Shown one piece after another: positions 51,527 through 62,140 of a DNA stretch of 64,000 nucleotides. Below the pieces are notes generated by a model. It was given only the letters and a program-made list of their open reading frames with translations. It had not been told where the DNA came from and searched no databases. Positions within the stretch are counted from its first letter, which is position 1. Each line of letters starts with the position of its first letter. The stretch covers positions 672,001-736,000 of the forward strand of contig JAXGZN010000002.1 in the NCBI GenBank assembly GCA_040776945.1, written 5' to 3'. The position numbers and the translations under genes were made by a program. The DNA is from Methanomassiliicoccaceae archaeon (GTDB lineage Archaea; Thermoplasmatota; Thermoplasmata; Methanomassiliicoccales; Methanomassiliicoccaceae).

Positions 51527-52753
51527 TCATTCGTCGGCGAACAGTGCCCTCAGGTCCACCATCTGCCAGTCCGAGAACTTATATCCGCGCACCCATAGGC
51601 ATAGGTCCTCAGGCACAGCGACCACCTGCAGCACCGTCCCCTTGTGCACCGCTCCGCCATCCTTGAACTCGATGTCCATCAGCTCCTTCATGGCGGCCGC
51701 GTCCAGCTTCCCGTAGAACCGTTCCGAGCGGGCCAAGCTCACGAGGTTGTCGTAGCGTCCATCGTCCTCCCGCGCGGGCGTGACCTTTCCCTCCCACGTG
51801 CCCGGGTAGGGCGGCACAAAGCTGTTGTAGGCTACGAGCAGGCCATTTTCATCACCCTCGCGCACACGGCAGTCGAAGGTCGCCCTTTCGACGGAGACCG
51901 CTCGGTCGAGATCGGCGAGCTGGATGATGTATGCCGCTTCCGCCGGGATGCCTGCGAGATATTCTGCAGCCTCATCTATGGTCCCACACCTCGTCAATGC
52001 GTCGGCGAGCACCGACACGCTGCTCTCCCGGTCCTCAAAGGTGCTCAGGTCCGAGTACATGCCGTTGTTGAGCTCCAGGAACAGACCGCGCTCGTTGATT
52101 CCCGTCTCCATGTAGACATTGCCCAGCGGATGCACGTTGGCATATGCGATGCCCTCGTCGGGATGGAAGACCGCCACTGACAGATATCTCATGTATCCGA
52201 GCATGCCGTCGCGCATCATGTCCCAGTTCCTCCCGAACACGAGCTTTCCGCCCGGCGCGTATGCTCCCCACGCGCCGATGCCGCTGCAGGCGTCGTTGCT
52301 CTCCGCTTCCAGCAATACTCCCGATAGATTGAAAATGCCGACATTGAGCAGCCGTATCTCGTCGCTGGTGAGCCCCGATGTTTCGACCATGCCGTCCATA
52401 AGATCGTTCAGGCCGGCGGATAGGTCTCCCGAAAGCCCTCTCGCCACGATAAGCTGGTCCTCCAGGCTCATGCCGCGCCTCTCCAGGTCGGATGTGATCT
52501 CCGTGTAGAACGCCTTCAGGTCGGCCTTGACGAGAGCGCCGTACTGCCGCCCCATCTCCCTCCACGTTCCCTTGAGGTCCAACACCCAATAGATGTCATC
52601 TGCGGTGCGGTAGGCCGTCCCGCCCTCGAAGGTGGCGGTCCTGATCAGTCCTTTTTCATCCGGCCCACGGGACGAAAGCTCACATGATGAGAGCATGAAG
52701 GTGGCGAGCAGGAGCGCGATGATCGCTACGGCGTAGTACTTTGTTGTGCCCAA
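51527..52753 (-). CDS. exported C45-family Ntn peptidase/acyltransferase
   Basis: Signal peptide, MGRQYG, ACSG nucleophile, GRNWD, GINE. Confidence 0.82.
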   Translation of the reverse strand: MGTTKYYAVAIIALLLATFMLSSCELSSRGPDEKGLIRTATFEGGTAYRTADDIYWVLDLKGTWREMGRQYGALVKADLKAFYTEITSDLERRGMSLEDQLIVARGLSGDLSAGLNDLMDGMVETSGLTSDEIRLLNVGIFNLSGVLLEAESNDACSGIGAWGAYAPGGKLVFGRNWDMMRDGMLGYMRYLSVAVFHPDEGIAYANVHPLGNVYMETGINERGLFLELNNGMYSDLSTFEDRESSVSVLADALTRCGTIDEAAEYLAGIPAEAAYIIQLADLDRAVSVERATFDCRVREGDENGLLVAYNSFVPPYPGTWEGKVTPAREDDGRYDNLVSLARSERFYGKLDAAAMKELMDIEFKDGGAVHKGTVLQVVAVPEDLCLWVRGYKFSDWQMVDLRALFADE

Positions 52754-53756
52754 GATTTCATCCTCCTAGTATCCTGTGTTTTTATCCCCCATTGTTCTGA
52801 TGGCGGAGCACCGCGATGCCATGGTTGGTGCTCCAGGCACCTGGACGCTCCACGGCCTTGAGCTGGAACGGTAACTCGGCCAGGGACGCTGCTGGAACAT
52901 GTGATCATCTCTCAGCCTCGCAGCGTTCTTAGCGCGAGAACTGCCTCGTGTTCGGATCGGTTCGTAGCGAGCGGAAGGTCCTACGCCCTCCGCTGAGCCG
53001 ATCCACTTAAAACGATCGCTCCTCATCAGCGCATCAGCTCGCAGATCATCGCGGTGTAGGCGGAGCACGTCCCGCCGATGTGGTAGGTCCGATGGGGCGC
53101 GGTGCCGGCAGCCTCCCTCTCACAGTAGAGAAGCGCTTCCATTTCTCTAGGGGAGATGGATTGGCCTTTTCTCCTGTGGACCATCTCGATGAGAGAGATG
53201 TTGTTCCCTGCAGGCACCCTCCTCGGCGTTGCCTCATTGGCGAACTTCCGATCGTCGCGTTCCGAGCGGAAAAGGACGCCCATGCCCCTGGATATTTGAA
53301 TGGATATTAATATGCTAACTTTAAAATTCATAAGATGAAAAAACTTTCGTGATGAACCAGGCCTTCCTGACGCCTGTTCGAGAACGGCAGCGGGGGGGTG
53401 AGAGATGTTCCATGGTCATCCGTGGATAGGCGTCCTGACGTTCAGCATCTGATCATGTCGTGCGGCGACCTCGGCCCATCGGTCGAGATCGACCAACATG
53501 TCCCGGGCTGGCATATCTCGAAAGATCTTATCGAAGAGACGTGTGATATAAGAAGCTCAACTCGCACCCGGCCCTCGCTCGGTCAGGACCCGCCGACAAA
53601 GGTTACCGTCCTTGCCGGCCGATGTTCTGCTCTCGTCCTAGACCAGCGCGGATAGGATGTTGGGCCATGTTCGACCTGGCAGGCGTCTTGCGGAAACCGG
53701 TGCCGTTCGTCGGCACGATCCTCCTGTTTGCCCCATGTTAAAGAGAAGGCCAGGAG

Positions 53757-53843
53757 CGCCGAGGGGGAGATTCGAACTCCCGAAGTGCGAAGCACCACCA
53801 GCTCTCAAGGCTGGCGCCGTGATCCGGGCTTGGCTACCTCGGC
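53757..53843 (-). tRNA. tRNA-Ser(TGA)
   Basis: Acceptor GCCGAGG/CCTCGGC-G, anticodon arm CCAGC-CTTGAGA-GCTGG, long variable arm, GTTCGAATC. Confidence 0.95.
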
Positions 53844-53883
53844 CCGGAGCGGCCAGGTCCGTTGGCTCACTTATTCTTTTCGG

Positions 53884-55539
53884 TCAGGCGACCTTCTCCA
53901 GCTTGCCCGCGGTCACCGCCTCGAGGTCTAGCTCGAAGGCCGCGATGGGGTACCCCAGCTCGAAGCCGGTGATCACCTGGGGATGCATCTCGCCGAAGGT
54001 GCCGATGACCTTATCGCCGACCACGACCTCGGCGCCGCGCCCCTCGATGTAGGTTCCGGCGGAGGACGCCCGTATCGCGTGCTTCACCGACAGGTCGCGC
54101 ATGACGCTCTCCACCAGGGACTTGACCTCGGTGAACGATGCCCGCGCCGATATGCTCACACCGGCCAGGTGCTTCCTACGCCTGGTATCGAGCAGTACGT
54201 CCCCGACCTCGAACAGCCGCTGCGGGAGGTCGCGGTGCTTGTTCCTCCGGAGCACCGCCATCAGGCTGGGGAGGAGGGAAACGCGAAGGCAGGTGTGGTC
54301 CTCGCTTATGGGGTTCAGCACCTCCACCACCTCCCCGCGCGGGAGGCGCATGCGGTCGAACTGGTCCTCCTCCGAGCTGAGGGTGAGGGTGGTCGCCTCC
54401 AGGTAGCCGTATCCGACCATGAGCTGGCGGGCGACGTCCGAGGCCTTGGTGGACAGCAGCTCCGATCCGAAGGTCTGCTGGCTTGGCAGCTCCCGCCCGA
54501 ACATCTCGTAGCCGTACCCCTTGGCCACGTCCTCGATGATGTCCACCGGGTGGATGAGGTCGAGCCTCCACGCCGGGGCCAGCACCTCGAGCTCGCTGCC
54601 TTTCGCCGCTGCGTCGAAGCCCATCTTCCCCAGGGCGGCGGCCATGCCTGCGCCGTCCAGTTTCGTCCCCAGCAGGGAGTTGGCCTCCGCGGCGCTCACG
54701 GTCCACTTCCTGGGAGCAAGGTTCGGGGTAACCATATCTTGGGTCCCCTTCACCGTGACCGTCCTGATCTTGCCGCCCCTCTCGGCCATGGCCGTGGCCA
54801 CGATGTTCAAGGCTCCGCTGATGGCGTTGAGGTCCGTCCCGGTGACGTCCAGGAACACGTTCCTGGTCTCGGTGGTGACGGTCGTGAGCACGCCGTTGAT
54901 GATGGGCGGGAAGGACAGCACCTCGCCGTTGCTGTCAACGAGGAGCGGATAGAGGTCCTTGCCTTCCAGTATGAACGCGTAGTCCACGCCCTTCTCGTGA
55001 CGCTCCAGGATCTCCCTCAAGCTCATGCTCTCTGTCTTCGCCAGCGGAACGAAGGATACCGAGTCCGGGTCCACCGCCTTGTAAGTGAACGGCGGGGTGA
55101 CCTTGTCCAGATCATGTATGCCGATGGAGACCTTCGATCGCTTCCGGCCCATGGTGAGGTGCAGCTTCTCCTGCAGCTCCATCAGGGAGCGGATGAGCTC
55201 GTCCGTGATCGTTATGTCCTCGATGACGCCGGCGACCATGTAAGGGCGAACCGCCTTGATGCTTTCCTCCAGCGTGAGGACGATGTCCGATCTCCCGACC
55301 TCGTAGACGGTAAGCCCGCTCTGGAGGCCGAGAAAGGTCCGCAGCGCCCTGGCCGCTCCTTCCACGCTGTAAAGGTCCGGCCGGTCGGGGAAGAACTCGA
55401 TGGAGAGCTCCCCGGTCCCCTCGTCGTACGAGTGAACGTCCGCGCCGAGCTGGGGCACCCGGTCCATGAGGGCGTCCACGCTCACCTCCCGTCCGAGCAG
55501 GGATATGAGGTCATCATAGGCGAAGGTAACTACTGGCAT
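53884..55539 (-). CDS. pheT: phenylalanine-tRNA ligase beta subunit
   Basis: DRPDLYSVEG, QEKLH, SFPPIIN, R.DLIH.VDIIED, PQRLFEVG. Confidence 0.96.
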   Translation of the reverse strand: MPVVTFAYDDLISLLGREVSVDALMDRVPQLGADVHSYDEGTGELSIEFFPDRPDLYSVEGAARALRTFLGLQSGLTVYEVGRSDIVLTLEESIKAVRPYMVAGVIEDITITDELIRSLMELQEKLHLTMGRKRSKVSIGIHDLDKVTPPFTYKAVDPDSVSFVPLAKTESMSLREILERHEKGVDYAFILEGKDLYPLLVDSNGEVLSFPPIINGVLTTVTTETRNVFLDVTGTDLNAISGALNIVATAMAERGGKIRTVTVKGTQDMVTPNLAPRKWTVSAAEANSLLGTKLDGAGMAAALGKMGFDAAAKGSELEVLAPAWRLDLIHPVDIIEDVAKGYGYEMFGRELPSQQTFGSELLSTKASDVARQLMVGYGYLEATTLTLSSEEDQFDRMRLPRGEVVEVLNPISEDHTCLRVSLLPSLMAVLRRNKHRDLPQRLFEVGDVLLDTRRRKHLAGVSISARASFTEVKSLVESVMRDLSVKHAIRASSAGTYIEGRGAEVVVGDKVIGTFGEMHPQVITGFELGYPIAAFELDLEAVTAGKLEKVA

Positions 55540-55564
55540 CGCCGAGCGATGGGGGAGTGACTAA

Positions 55565-56647
55565 TTATAATTTTTCGGGCGCCCCGCCGAGCACCAGGGG
55601 AACGCGAGCCCCGCAGCGGGGGCACTGCGTAGAGGTCGCGATGACAGTAACCTCGTAGGAGGGGCAGAACCTGCTCACCTCGCTGCCCTTTAGGCACACC
55701 TTCTGCGGGGGCCGCACGCTCCTCCGCTTCACCAACACCTCGCCGCAGGACGGGCACCTGGTGTCAAGCTCCACGCCGGCGACGCCCCCAAGGTACACGA
55801 AGCGCAGGCCCGCCTCGCGGGCGATCCGCGCCGAACGCTCCATGACCTCCATGCTCTGCTCTGGAAGGTCCGCTAACCGGTGGGAAGGCTGGAACCGGAA
55901 GAAGAACACCGGAGTGTCCGGTCCCATCTCCTCCGCCGCCCACTTGGAGAAACGTCGGACCTCGGCCTCGCTGTCGTTGAGGCCGGGGACCAGGAGATAG
56001 GTCAGTTCGACGTGCTTTCCCTCCCGCCGCGCCAGAAGGCAGGTGTCCAGCACCTCGCGCAGGCTCCCGCCGCAGACCTTCTCGTAGAACTGCTCGGAGA
56101 AGCCCTTCACGTCGATGTTGAGCGCGTCCACGCTCCGGACGATGTCCTTGGCCGCCTCCGGGAGCATGTACCCGTTGGTGTTGATCATGGTGTAAAGCCC
56201 GTTCTCCCGGGCCAGGGCCGCGGTGTCCATGATGAGCTCGGCCCACACCGTCGGCTCGTTGAAGGTCCAAGCGATCCCTTGCACGCCTTCCTTCAATGCC
56301 AAGTCCACGATCTCCCGAGGCTCCATCCTCCGGGGCTCGAGGCCCTCTCCCGAGGACGTGGCCAGGGGGGCGTTCTGGCAGTAGGCGCAGGAAAGGTTGC
56401 AGCCGAAGGTTCCGAGGGACAGCAGCTTCGTCCCCGGCCGGTAATGGAACATCGGCTTCTTCTCGATCTGGTCCACCGCTCGAACGCAAACTTGACCGTA
56501 GGTTCGGGATATCAGGGTGCCTTTCACGTTCTGCCTGGCTCCGCAGCGGCCTATGCCGCCGTCCGGGAGGATGCATCGGTGGGGACACAGGTCGCACCTG
56601 AGCCTCCCTCCCTCTTCATGCCACCATCTGGCCTTCGCTCCGGACAT
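55565..56647 (-). CDS. AmmeMemoRadiSam-system radical SAM enzyme (PflA-like)
   Basis: CDLCPHRC, DQIEKKP, CNLSCAYCQN, NEPT. Confidence 0.92.
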   Translation of the reverse strand: MSGAKARWWHEEGGRLRCDLCPHRCILPDGGIGRCGARQNVKGTLISRTYGQVCVRAVDQIEKKPMFHYRPGTKLLSLGTFGCNLSCAYCQNAPLATSSGEGLEPRRMEPREIVDLALKEGVQGIAWTFNEPTVWAELIMDTAALARENGLYTMINTNGYMLPEAAKDIVRSVDALNIDVKGFSEQFYEKVCGGSLREVLDTCLLARREGKHVELTYLLVPGLNDSEAEVRRFSKWAAEEMGPDTPVFFFRFQPSHRLADLPEQSMEVMERSARIAREAGLRFVYLGGVAGVELDTRCPSCGEVLVKRRSVRPPQKVCLKGSEVSRFCPSYEVTVIATSTQCPRCGARVPLVLGGAPEKL

Positions 56648-56715
56648 GACACCGAGGATGGTTGGCAAGAGGATAAACCTGCCGGGCGGAACGATGCGTT
56701 ACCGCGAAGCGCCCC

Positions 56716-57867
56716 TCAACGGCCCAGCTTGCTGTGGGCGCTCCCGAGATGGCCTGTGGACTGAGCGCATAGGGTGGACAGCTCGCCGGCGAGCACGACC
56801 GCTCCGACTATCTCAGCGAGCTTGAGCGCCTTGCCCTCGCCGACGCAGCCGATCATGCTGAGCGCCTCCGACTGGCAGGGCAGTCTCGTCCCTCCTCCGA
56901 CGGTGCCCACCTCCACGCAGGGCAGGCGCGCCGAGATGTACAGGTCCCCGTCGACAACCTCGCAGGTGGTGGTGACCATGGAACCCTCGGCCACCTGGGC
57001 GGGGTCCTGCCCGGTGGCTATGTACAGCGCCGCGAGCATGTTCGCCGCGTGGGCGTTGGACCCGAGCGATGCGGCCAGCGAGGAGCCGATGGCGCACTTG
57101 CGGAAGCAGGTCTCGGCCACCGCCTCGGGGACGGCGTGCATCCTGTCCTCGAGCACCTGTCTTGGTATGGTGACGTCCGCGAGGACGATCTTCCCTCTTC
57201 CAAGCACCGCGTTGACGGCCGCCGGCTTCTTGTCCACGCACAGGTTGCCGGAAACGGATATCAGGACCGCGCCGGTCTCCCTCTCCACGAGCCTTGCCGC
57301 CGCCTCCGAGGCGATGGTGGCCATGTTCATGCCCATGGCGTCCCCGGTGCTGTACGACAGGCGAAGATAGAACGAGCGGCCGGCGGAGAACGGCTGCGCG
57401 CTGAGCAGGCGGCCGTGGGATGTGGTCGCTTCCGCGGCCTGCCGTAATCGGTCGAAGTTGCTCTCGACCCAGGCAGCGGCCTCCACCGCATGCCTGGTGT
57501 CCCTGACCCTGAACACCGGGGCCCGGGTCATGGCGTCGCTCACCACCACGGCCGCCGCGCCTCCGGCGGCGGTTATCGCTGAGCAGCCCCGGTTCACCGA
57601 AGCGACCAGCGCCCCTTCTGTGGTGGCCATCGGCACCAGGAACTCGCCCGATGCGTGGTCCCCGTTGATCCTCAGCGGACCGACGAACCCGAGGGGCACC
57701 TGCACGGCCCCGATCATGTTCTCGATGTTCTTGGACGCGGCCAAGGGATCGAAGGAGAGGAAGCCGATGTTCGTCAGCCCCGTTCCCGTCCGCTCCTCCA
57801 CCGCTTTTCGTCGTTCGTCGACATCCGCACGGGTCCTTCCACGGTTCTTCAGTCCCTCTCCGGTCAT
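56716..57867 (-). CDS. hmgA: HMG-CoA reductase (NADPH, class I)
   Basis: IENMIG, PMATTEGALVAS, DAMGMNM, GQDPA, GTVGGGT. Confidence 0.97.
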   Translation of the reverse strand: MTGEGLKNRGRTRADVDERRKAVEERTGTGLTNIGFLSFDPLAASKNIENMIGAVQVPLGFVGPLRINGDHASGEFLVPMATTEGALVASVNRGCSAITAAGGAAAVVVSDAMTRAPVFRVRDTRHAVEAAAWVESNFDRLRQAAEATTSHGRLLSAQPFSAGRSFYLRLSYSTGDAMGMNMATIASEAAARLVERETGAVLISVSGNLCVDKKPAAVNAVLGRGKIVLADVTIPRQVLEDRMHAVPEAVAETCFRKCAIGSSLAASLGSNAHAANMLAALYIATGQDPAQVAEGSMVTTTCEVVDGDLYISARLPCVEVGTVGGGTRLPCQSEALSMIGCVGEGKALKLAEIVGAVVLAGELSTLCAQSTGHLGSAHSKLGR

Positions 57868-58097
57868 ATCGCCCCAAGGTATGGGCTTGTCATCTTAAGG
57901 ATTCTGACGCCGGAATGGACTCCTCGAGGGGGGTCCCTGCCGGGTTAGGGCGCTGCGGAACGACGCCCCATATATCGCAGGGCGACATTTGACGGCGTTT
58001 GGCGGAAATACGGAATCAGTTTCAAATATCAGTATTGTTTCACTTTACCCCAATCCCAAGAAGGATTCTCGGTAAGGTGATAACTGGAATGTACAGC

Positions 58098-58511
58098 ATG
58101 AGCCCGCGGACAGGAAAGTACTTGAGCGACGAGGAATGCGTTCAGAGGTTCAAGGCCGGCAACGAGTGGGGACTATTGACCTCCATCGACCTCCATGATT
58201 GCGATCCGAAGAAGATCGCCAGCAAGGAAGTGATCACGCAGTTCTCCATCGATCTGTGCGACTATATAGACATGAAGAGGTTCGGCGAGCCGATAGTGGT
58301 CAGGTTCGGTGCCGACCCCAGGGTGCAGGGCTACTCCCTGGCGCAGCTGATCGAGACCTCGCTGATCTCCGGCCACTTTGCCGAGGATACCGACCGGGCG
58401 TTCATCGATGTCTTCTCCTGCAAGGAGTATCCACCCAAACAGACCGCGGAGTTCTGCAAGAAGTACTTCGGGGCCAAGTCCATGGAGTATTCCGTGGCCT
58501 TCAGGTCCTGA
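58098..58511 (+). CDS. S-adenosylmethionine decarboxylase proenzyme-like protein
   Basis: IDLHDC, QLIETSLISGHF, DVFSCK. Confidence 0.85.
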   Translation: MSPRTGKYLSDEECVQRFKAGNEWGLLTSIDLHDCDPKKIASKEVITQFSIDLCDYIDMKRFGEPIVVRFGADPRVQGYSLAQLIETSLISGHFAEDTDRAFIDVFSCKEYPPKQTAEFCKKYFGAKSMEYSVAFRS

Positions 58512-58588
58512 ACGGAAAAACCCCTTGGCCCCTTTGCAAAGGGCAGGCAAATCCTTTCCGTTATTCTTCAACGCGCGGCGGCGAGGAC

Positions 58589-59002
58589 CTAGTAGACGGC
58601 CCGGCTGCGCAGATGCTCGAACATCGGGTCCCAGTACATCTCGTACCACATCTGCTCGATCGTTTCGAGAAGCTCGGACGGCACGCCGCTCTGCTCTAGC
58701 TTGAGATGCGTGCCCTTCCCGAACCGCTTTAAGACCATCTCCACCCTGGACGGGGGCAGGTCGGACGGCCACTCCGCCAACCTCCAGTCCATTACGATGC
58801 GCTGCCCGCGCTCCAGCTCGATGTAGCGGGCGGAGATCAGGCCGCCGCGGCAGATGATGGCTCCTCCCGGCGCGGCCGTCCCCTCGGAGGGAACGCCGGC
58901 CCACGCCGAGTGCAGGACCGGATCGACAAGGCGATCGAACACCTCTTCCGGCGGTCCGGGCACCATCGTGCTCATGCTCATCGTTCCTGTCCTCTCGGCC
59001 AT
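58589..59002 (-). CDS. SRPBCC/AHSA1 domain protein
   Basis: PPEEVF, RIVMDWR, LEQSGVP, W..MYW. Confidence 0.85.
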   Translation of the reverse strand: MAERTGTMSMSTMVPGPPEEVFDRLVDPVLHSAWAGVPSEGTAAPGGAIICRGGLISARYIELERGQRIVMDWRLAEWPSDLPPSRVEMVLKRFGKGTHLKLEQSGVPSELLETIEQMWYEMYWDPMFEHLRSRAVY

Positions 59003-59236
59003 GCTCCCGGCAAAGGCATCGTTGATTTAAGATTGTTCATCGACCCCAGCCGCCGCTCCCGGACACGGCCGTTCGGGACGGAGCCCGCATTGTCAGAGAT
59101 CACATACCGATAGGGGGCGAGGGTCGGAGGCCATAAGGCGCTGTTCCGGCGCATCCGGGGCCGTCCCCGGGCGACGTGCCCTCCGCCCCTTGTGGCCTCC
59201 CCCGGCCGAGCTGGACGGGACGCGGGGCGTCAGCGG

Positions 59237-60523
59237 CTACCGGACCCGGCCGCCGGGCCTCTGGCGGTAGACGAGGTGCTCCATGATCAGGACCGCCACG
59301 ATGCCCACCACGAAGCCGTTGGTGATCAGGGGGCGGACGGTGGCCGGGAACTCCGCGGCGACCGATGAGGGGAGGAAGGACACGATCGTCCCCAGGAGCA
59401 GCGGGACGCCCATTATCAGTCCGTCCTCGAACGTCCTCACCGCGGAATTCTCTTGCCCCAGCATGAGCCCTGCCGATATCTGTGACACCATGACGAAGGC
59501 GAGGACGACGCCAATGACCGGCCCGGGTATGCTGCTCAGGTAGCCGATGGAGAGCGGTGACGCGGCCATGAGCGCGAGGATCACGGCCGCGGGCACCAGG
59601 GCGAACCGGGACGCGCACCTGGTGGCGGCTATGATGCCCGGGCTCAGTGAGAAGTTGACCGGGCCGATCACCCCGGCAAGACCGGAAAGGGCGTTGCCCA
59701 GGCCGGTAACGGCCACCCCGCGGTCCACCCGCCCGCTCATATTGTCCGCCGATAGGAGGCCGCCGACCGACCGGATGGACCCCAGGTCATTGATGGCGAG
59801 AGCGAGGAAGCATATCAGGAACGCTGCGAGGACCCCCGCGTCGGGAACGGCGAGCGGGGCGAGGACATCCGCGGGGAGCGCGAGCGGCGCCGTGCCCTCC
59901 GGCGGCAGGGGGACCGCGCCGAAGACCGATACGTAGGCCAGGCTGCCGATGATGATCGCCCAAAGGGCCAGGGTCGATCTCCATATCCCCTTCAGGTATC
60001 CGTTCAGGATGAACAATATCATGGTGAAGGCCAGAGCGAACAGGAAGGCATGCGACGGCGGGGCCGTCCCTCCACCGTCGATGATGAGGCCGAGGATCAC
60101 CGGGGCCAGGGTGAACGCGATCAGCATCAGGACGACGGCGATCACCCGGGGAGTGAAGAGGCGCTCGAGGTGCTTGAAGAGCCCTGCCGCCGCGACCCCC
60201 GCCAGGATGAGGCCGCCGATAAGCAATGACGAGTTTATCGCGCCGAACCCCGCGTCAAGGCTGGCCAGAATGCCGATGAGCAGTACCGTTGACGGGCCGA
60301 CCACCAGGGGCAGCCGATGGCCCAGGTACAATTGGACGAGGAGGACCAGGGCGGTGATGAGGAACAGCTTTTGAAGATAGGGGATGGCCGGCCCTCCGTA
60401 GAGGTCGGCGACCACCTTGCCGATTATCAGGATGGCAGGCACGCTGACCGCCAGCCATTGCAGGCCGAAGATGAGCTGGGCCGTTGGCTTCGGTCGGTCA
60501 TCTATGCCGTAATTGAGATTCAT
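59237..60523 (-). CDS. NCS2/xanthine-uracil permease family transporter
   Basis: YGIDDRP, GLQW, GHRLP, many TM helices. Confidence 0.9.
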   Translation of the reverse strand: MNLNYGIDDRPKPTAQLIFGLQWLAVSVPAILIIGKVVADLYGGPAIPYLQKLFLITALVLLVQLYLGHRLPLVVGPSTVLLIGILASLDAGFGAINSSLLIGGLILAGVAAAGLFKHLERLFTPRVIAVVLMLIAFTLAPVILGLIIDGGGTAPPSHAFLFALAFTMILFILNGYLKGIWRSTLALWAIIIGSLAYVSVFGAVPLPPEGTAPLALPADVLAPLAVPDAGVLAAFLICFLALAINDLGSIRSVGGLLSADNMSGRVDRGVAVTGLGNALSGLAGVIGPVNFSLSPGIIAATRCASRFALVPAAVILALMAASPLSIGYLSSIPGPVIGVVLAFVMVSQISAGLMLGQENSAVRTFEDGLIMGVPLLLGTIVSFLPSSVAAEFPATVRPLITNGFVVGIVAVLIMEHLVYRQRPGGRVR

Positions 60524-60844
60524 CGGGACCGTTCCTGACCATATGATCGGTCAGAGCGCATGCCTGGGAAAAGAGCTCTGGATTATAAAGCGGTTCCATT
60601 CTCCTTGACCGATGATCGTCCCGTTCGAGGGATAGGGTCCTCGTGGGGGTTGAGGTGGAGCGAGGTTGCCCTTTCGTCGCTGGCCGACCTGCCATGGTCC
60701 GGCGATAATGGCGAGGAGGTGAACGCCCGTCGGGGTGGACCAGAAGCTCCACTGAACCCCAAATTATTATTCGGTCCAAAGATGGATATTTCCAGTGGAG
60801 CAGGGAAACCTTTAAAATGGTAAGCGATATTCGGTGGACTACAA

Positions 60845-60922
60845 GGGCCCGTAGCTTAGCCTGGCTGGAGCGCCCGGCTGATAACCGGGAGGTCAAGAGT
60901 CCAAATCTCTTCGGGCCCACCA
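60845..60922 (+). tRNA. tRNA-Ile(GAT), CCA encoded
   Basis: GGGCCCG/CGGGCCC-A-CCA, anticodon arm CCCGG-CTGATAA-CCGGG; upstream aaacctttaaaa promoter. Confidence 0.95.
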
Positions 60923-60942
60923 CTTTCACTGGCTCATGCCGT

Positions 60943-60985
60943 TTGTGACACGGGTTTTTGTCACGCCCTTCCCCGAGCGGGGAAG
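60943..60985. terminator. two inverted repeats between tRNA-Ile and the integrase
   Basis: gtgaca-N8-tgtcac and ccttcccc-gagc-ggggaagg; role as terminator or integrase arm site is inferred. Confidence 0.4.
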
Positions 60986-61039
60986 GTCCTTCCTTTGTCG
61001 GAGAGGGGGTTTTCAGCTTGCTCGGCAGCGGTTTGTAGC

Positions 61040-62041
61040 TCACCGAACTATAAGCTGCGGGCGATACCGGGGCATCGCCCTGTACGGTTCCTGCTCCATT
61101 TTTCTCCTCAGGTCGGTGAGGTAGGTGTCCACCAACCACTGGGCCTTCGCGAGGTCGTCCACCGACAGACCGGCGTACTGTATGGTCTGCTGCGGACTGG
61201 CGTGGCCCATTGCGGCCGATAGGTCCTCTATCTCGACCCCGGCATGTCGGTGTATCCGGCACCCGGTCCGCCGCAGGACGTGGTTGCTCAGGTCCTCCGG
61301 CTTTATCCGGGCGAGGATGCCGACCTCCTTCACCATGGTGTCCACGGCCGTCTCCTGGTACGCTCCCAGCTTCCAGCCGTATTGGGCATAGATCATGATG
61401 TTCTCCGGGATCTTCTGGTCCGGCTTGACCTCCAGCGCGTGAGAGATCAGCACCTCGCGGTAGCGGCTGTACTGCTCGAACACCGCCAGGGTCTCTGGGG
61501 CCCATGCCAGCGTCCGCCACTTCCCGCCGAGCCGTCCCTTGCCCCTCACCTTGAGGATCCCCATCTCCACGTCCTGAATGGTGAGGCGCATGACCTCGAC
61601 CCTTCGGAGCATGAGACGGAGTTCCAGGTGAATGAGCATCTTTTGTAGCGGGGTCTGCGCGGCGTCCATGAGCACCACGCCCTCCTCGTCCGTCAGCCAC
61701 TTGGCGTTCGGGCGAGTGTTCGGAGGCCAGGGGATCATCATTCGCTCCACGACGTTGTTGCCGTGGAACTTGAGATACTGGCCGATGATGCTCACTTGTC
61801 GTCGGTTGACCATCGGGCTCAGGTGGGAGTAGAGCTCGTTTCGGAGCAGGTCTATCTGCTCCTCCCCGACCTTCTTGGGGGTGGCCTCTAGGCCAGCCGC
61901 CCTCCATGCCTGAGTAGCCAATGATACGAGACGCCCGTACTCGTCGGTCGTGCTCTTGGTCACTCCTTTCCTGTTGGTTAAGGCGTTTAGATATGCGTTC
62001 AGTTGGGCATTGAGATACCTGTCCCGTCTGTCGGATGGCAT
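61040..62041 (-). CDS. tyrosine integrase
   Basis: LRRVE, GKGRLGGKWR, HVLRR, MGH, IQY; same family as 30526..31512. Confidence 0.93.
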   Translation of the reverse strand: MPSDRRDRYLNAQLNAYLNALTNRKGVTKSTTDEYGRLVSLATQAWRAAGLEATPKKVGEEQIDLLRNELYSHLSPMVNRRQVSIIGQYLKFHGNNVVERMMIPWPPNTRPNAKWLTDEEGVVLMDAAQTPLQKMLIHLELRLMLRRVEVMRLTIQDVEMGILKVRGKGRLGGKWRTLAWAPETLAVFEQYSRYREVLISHALEVKPDQKIPENIMIYAQYGWKLGAYQETAVDTMVKEVGILARIKPEDLSNHVLRRTGCRIHRHAGVEIEDLSAAMGHASPQQTIQYAGLSVDDLAKAQWLVDTYLTDLRRKMEQEPYRAMPRYRPQLIVR

Positions 62042-62140
62042 CTCTATTACCCGGATTGTCCTGCTCTACTAAAAGGGGTTCGCTGCATGATGTTGGCTCC
62101 GTTGGCGATGAAAACAGGTTGCGGCCGGGCCTGGACGCTA

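Noticed and set aside
51000-53757. Island at the tRNA-Ser 3' end
   Set aside because: Degenerate DNA is present, but no integrase or duplicated tRNA end was found.
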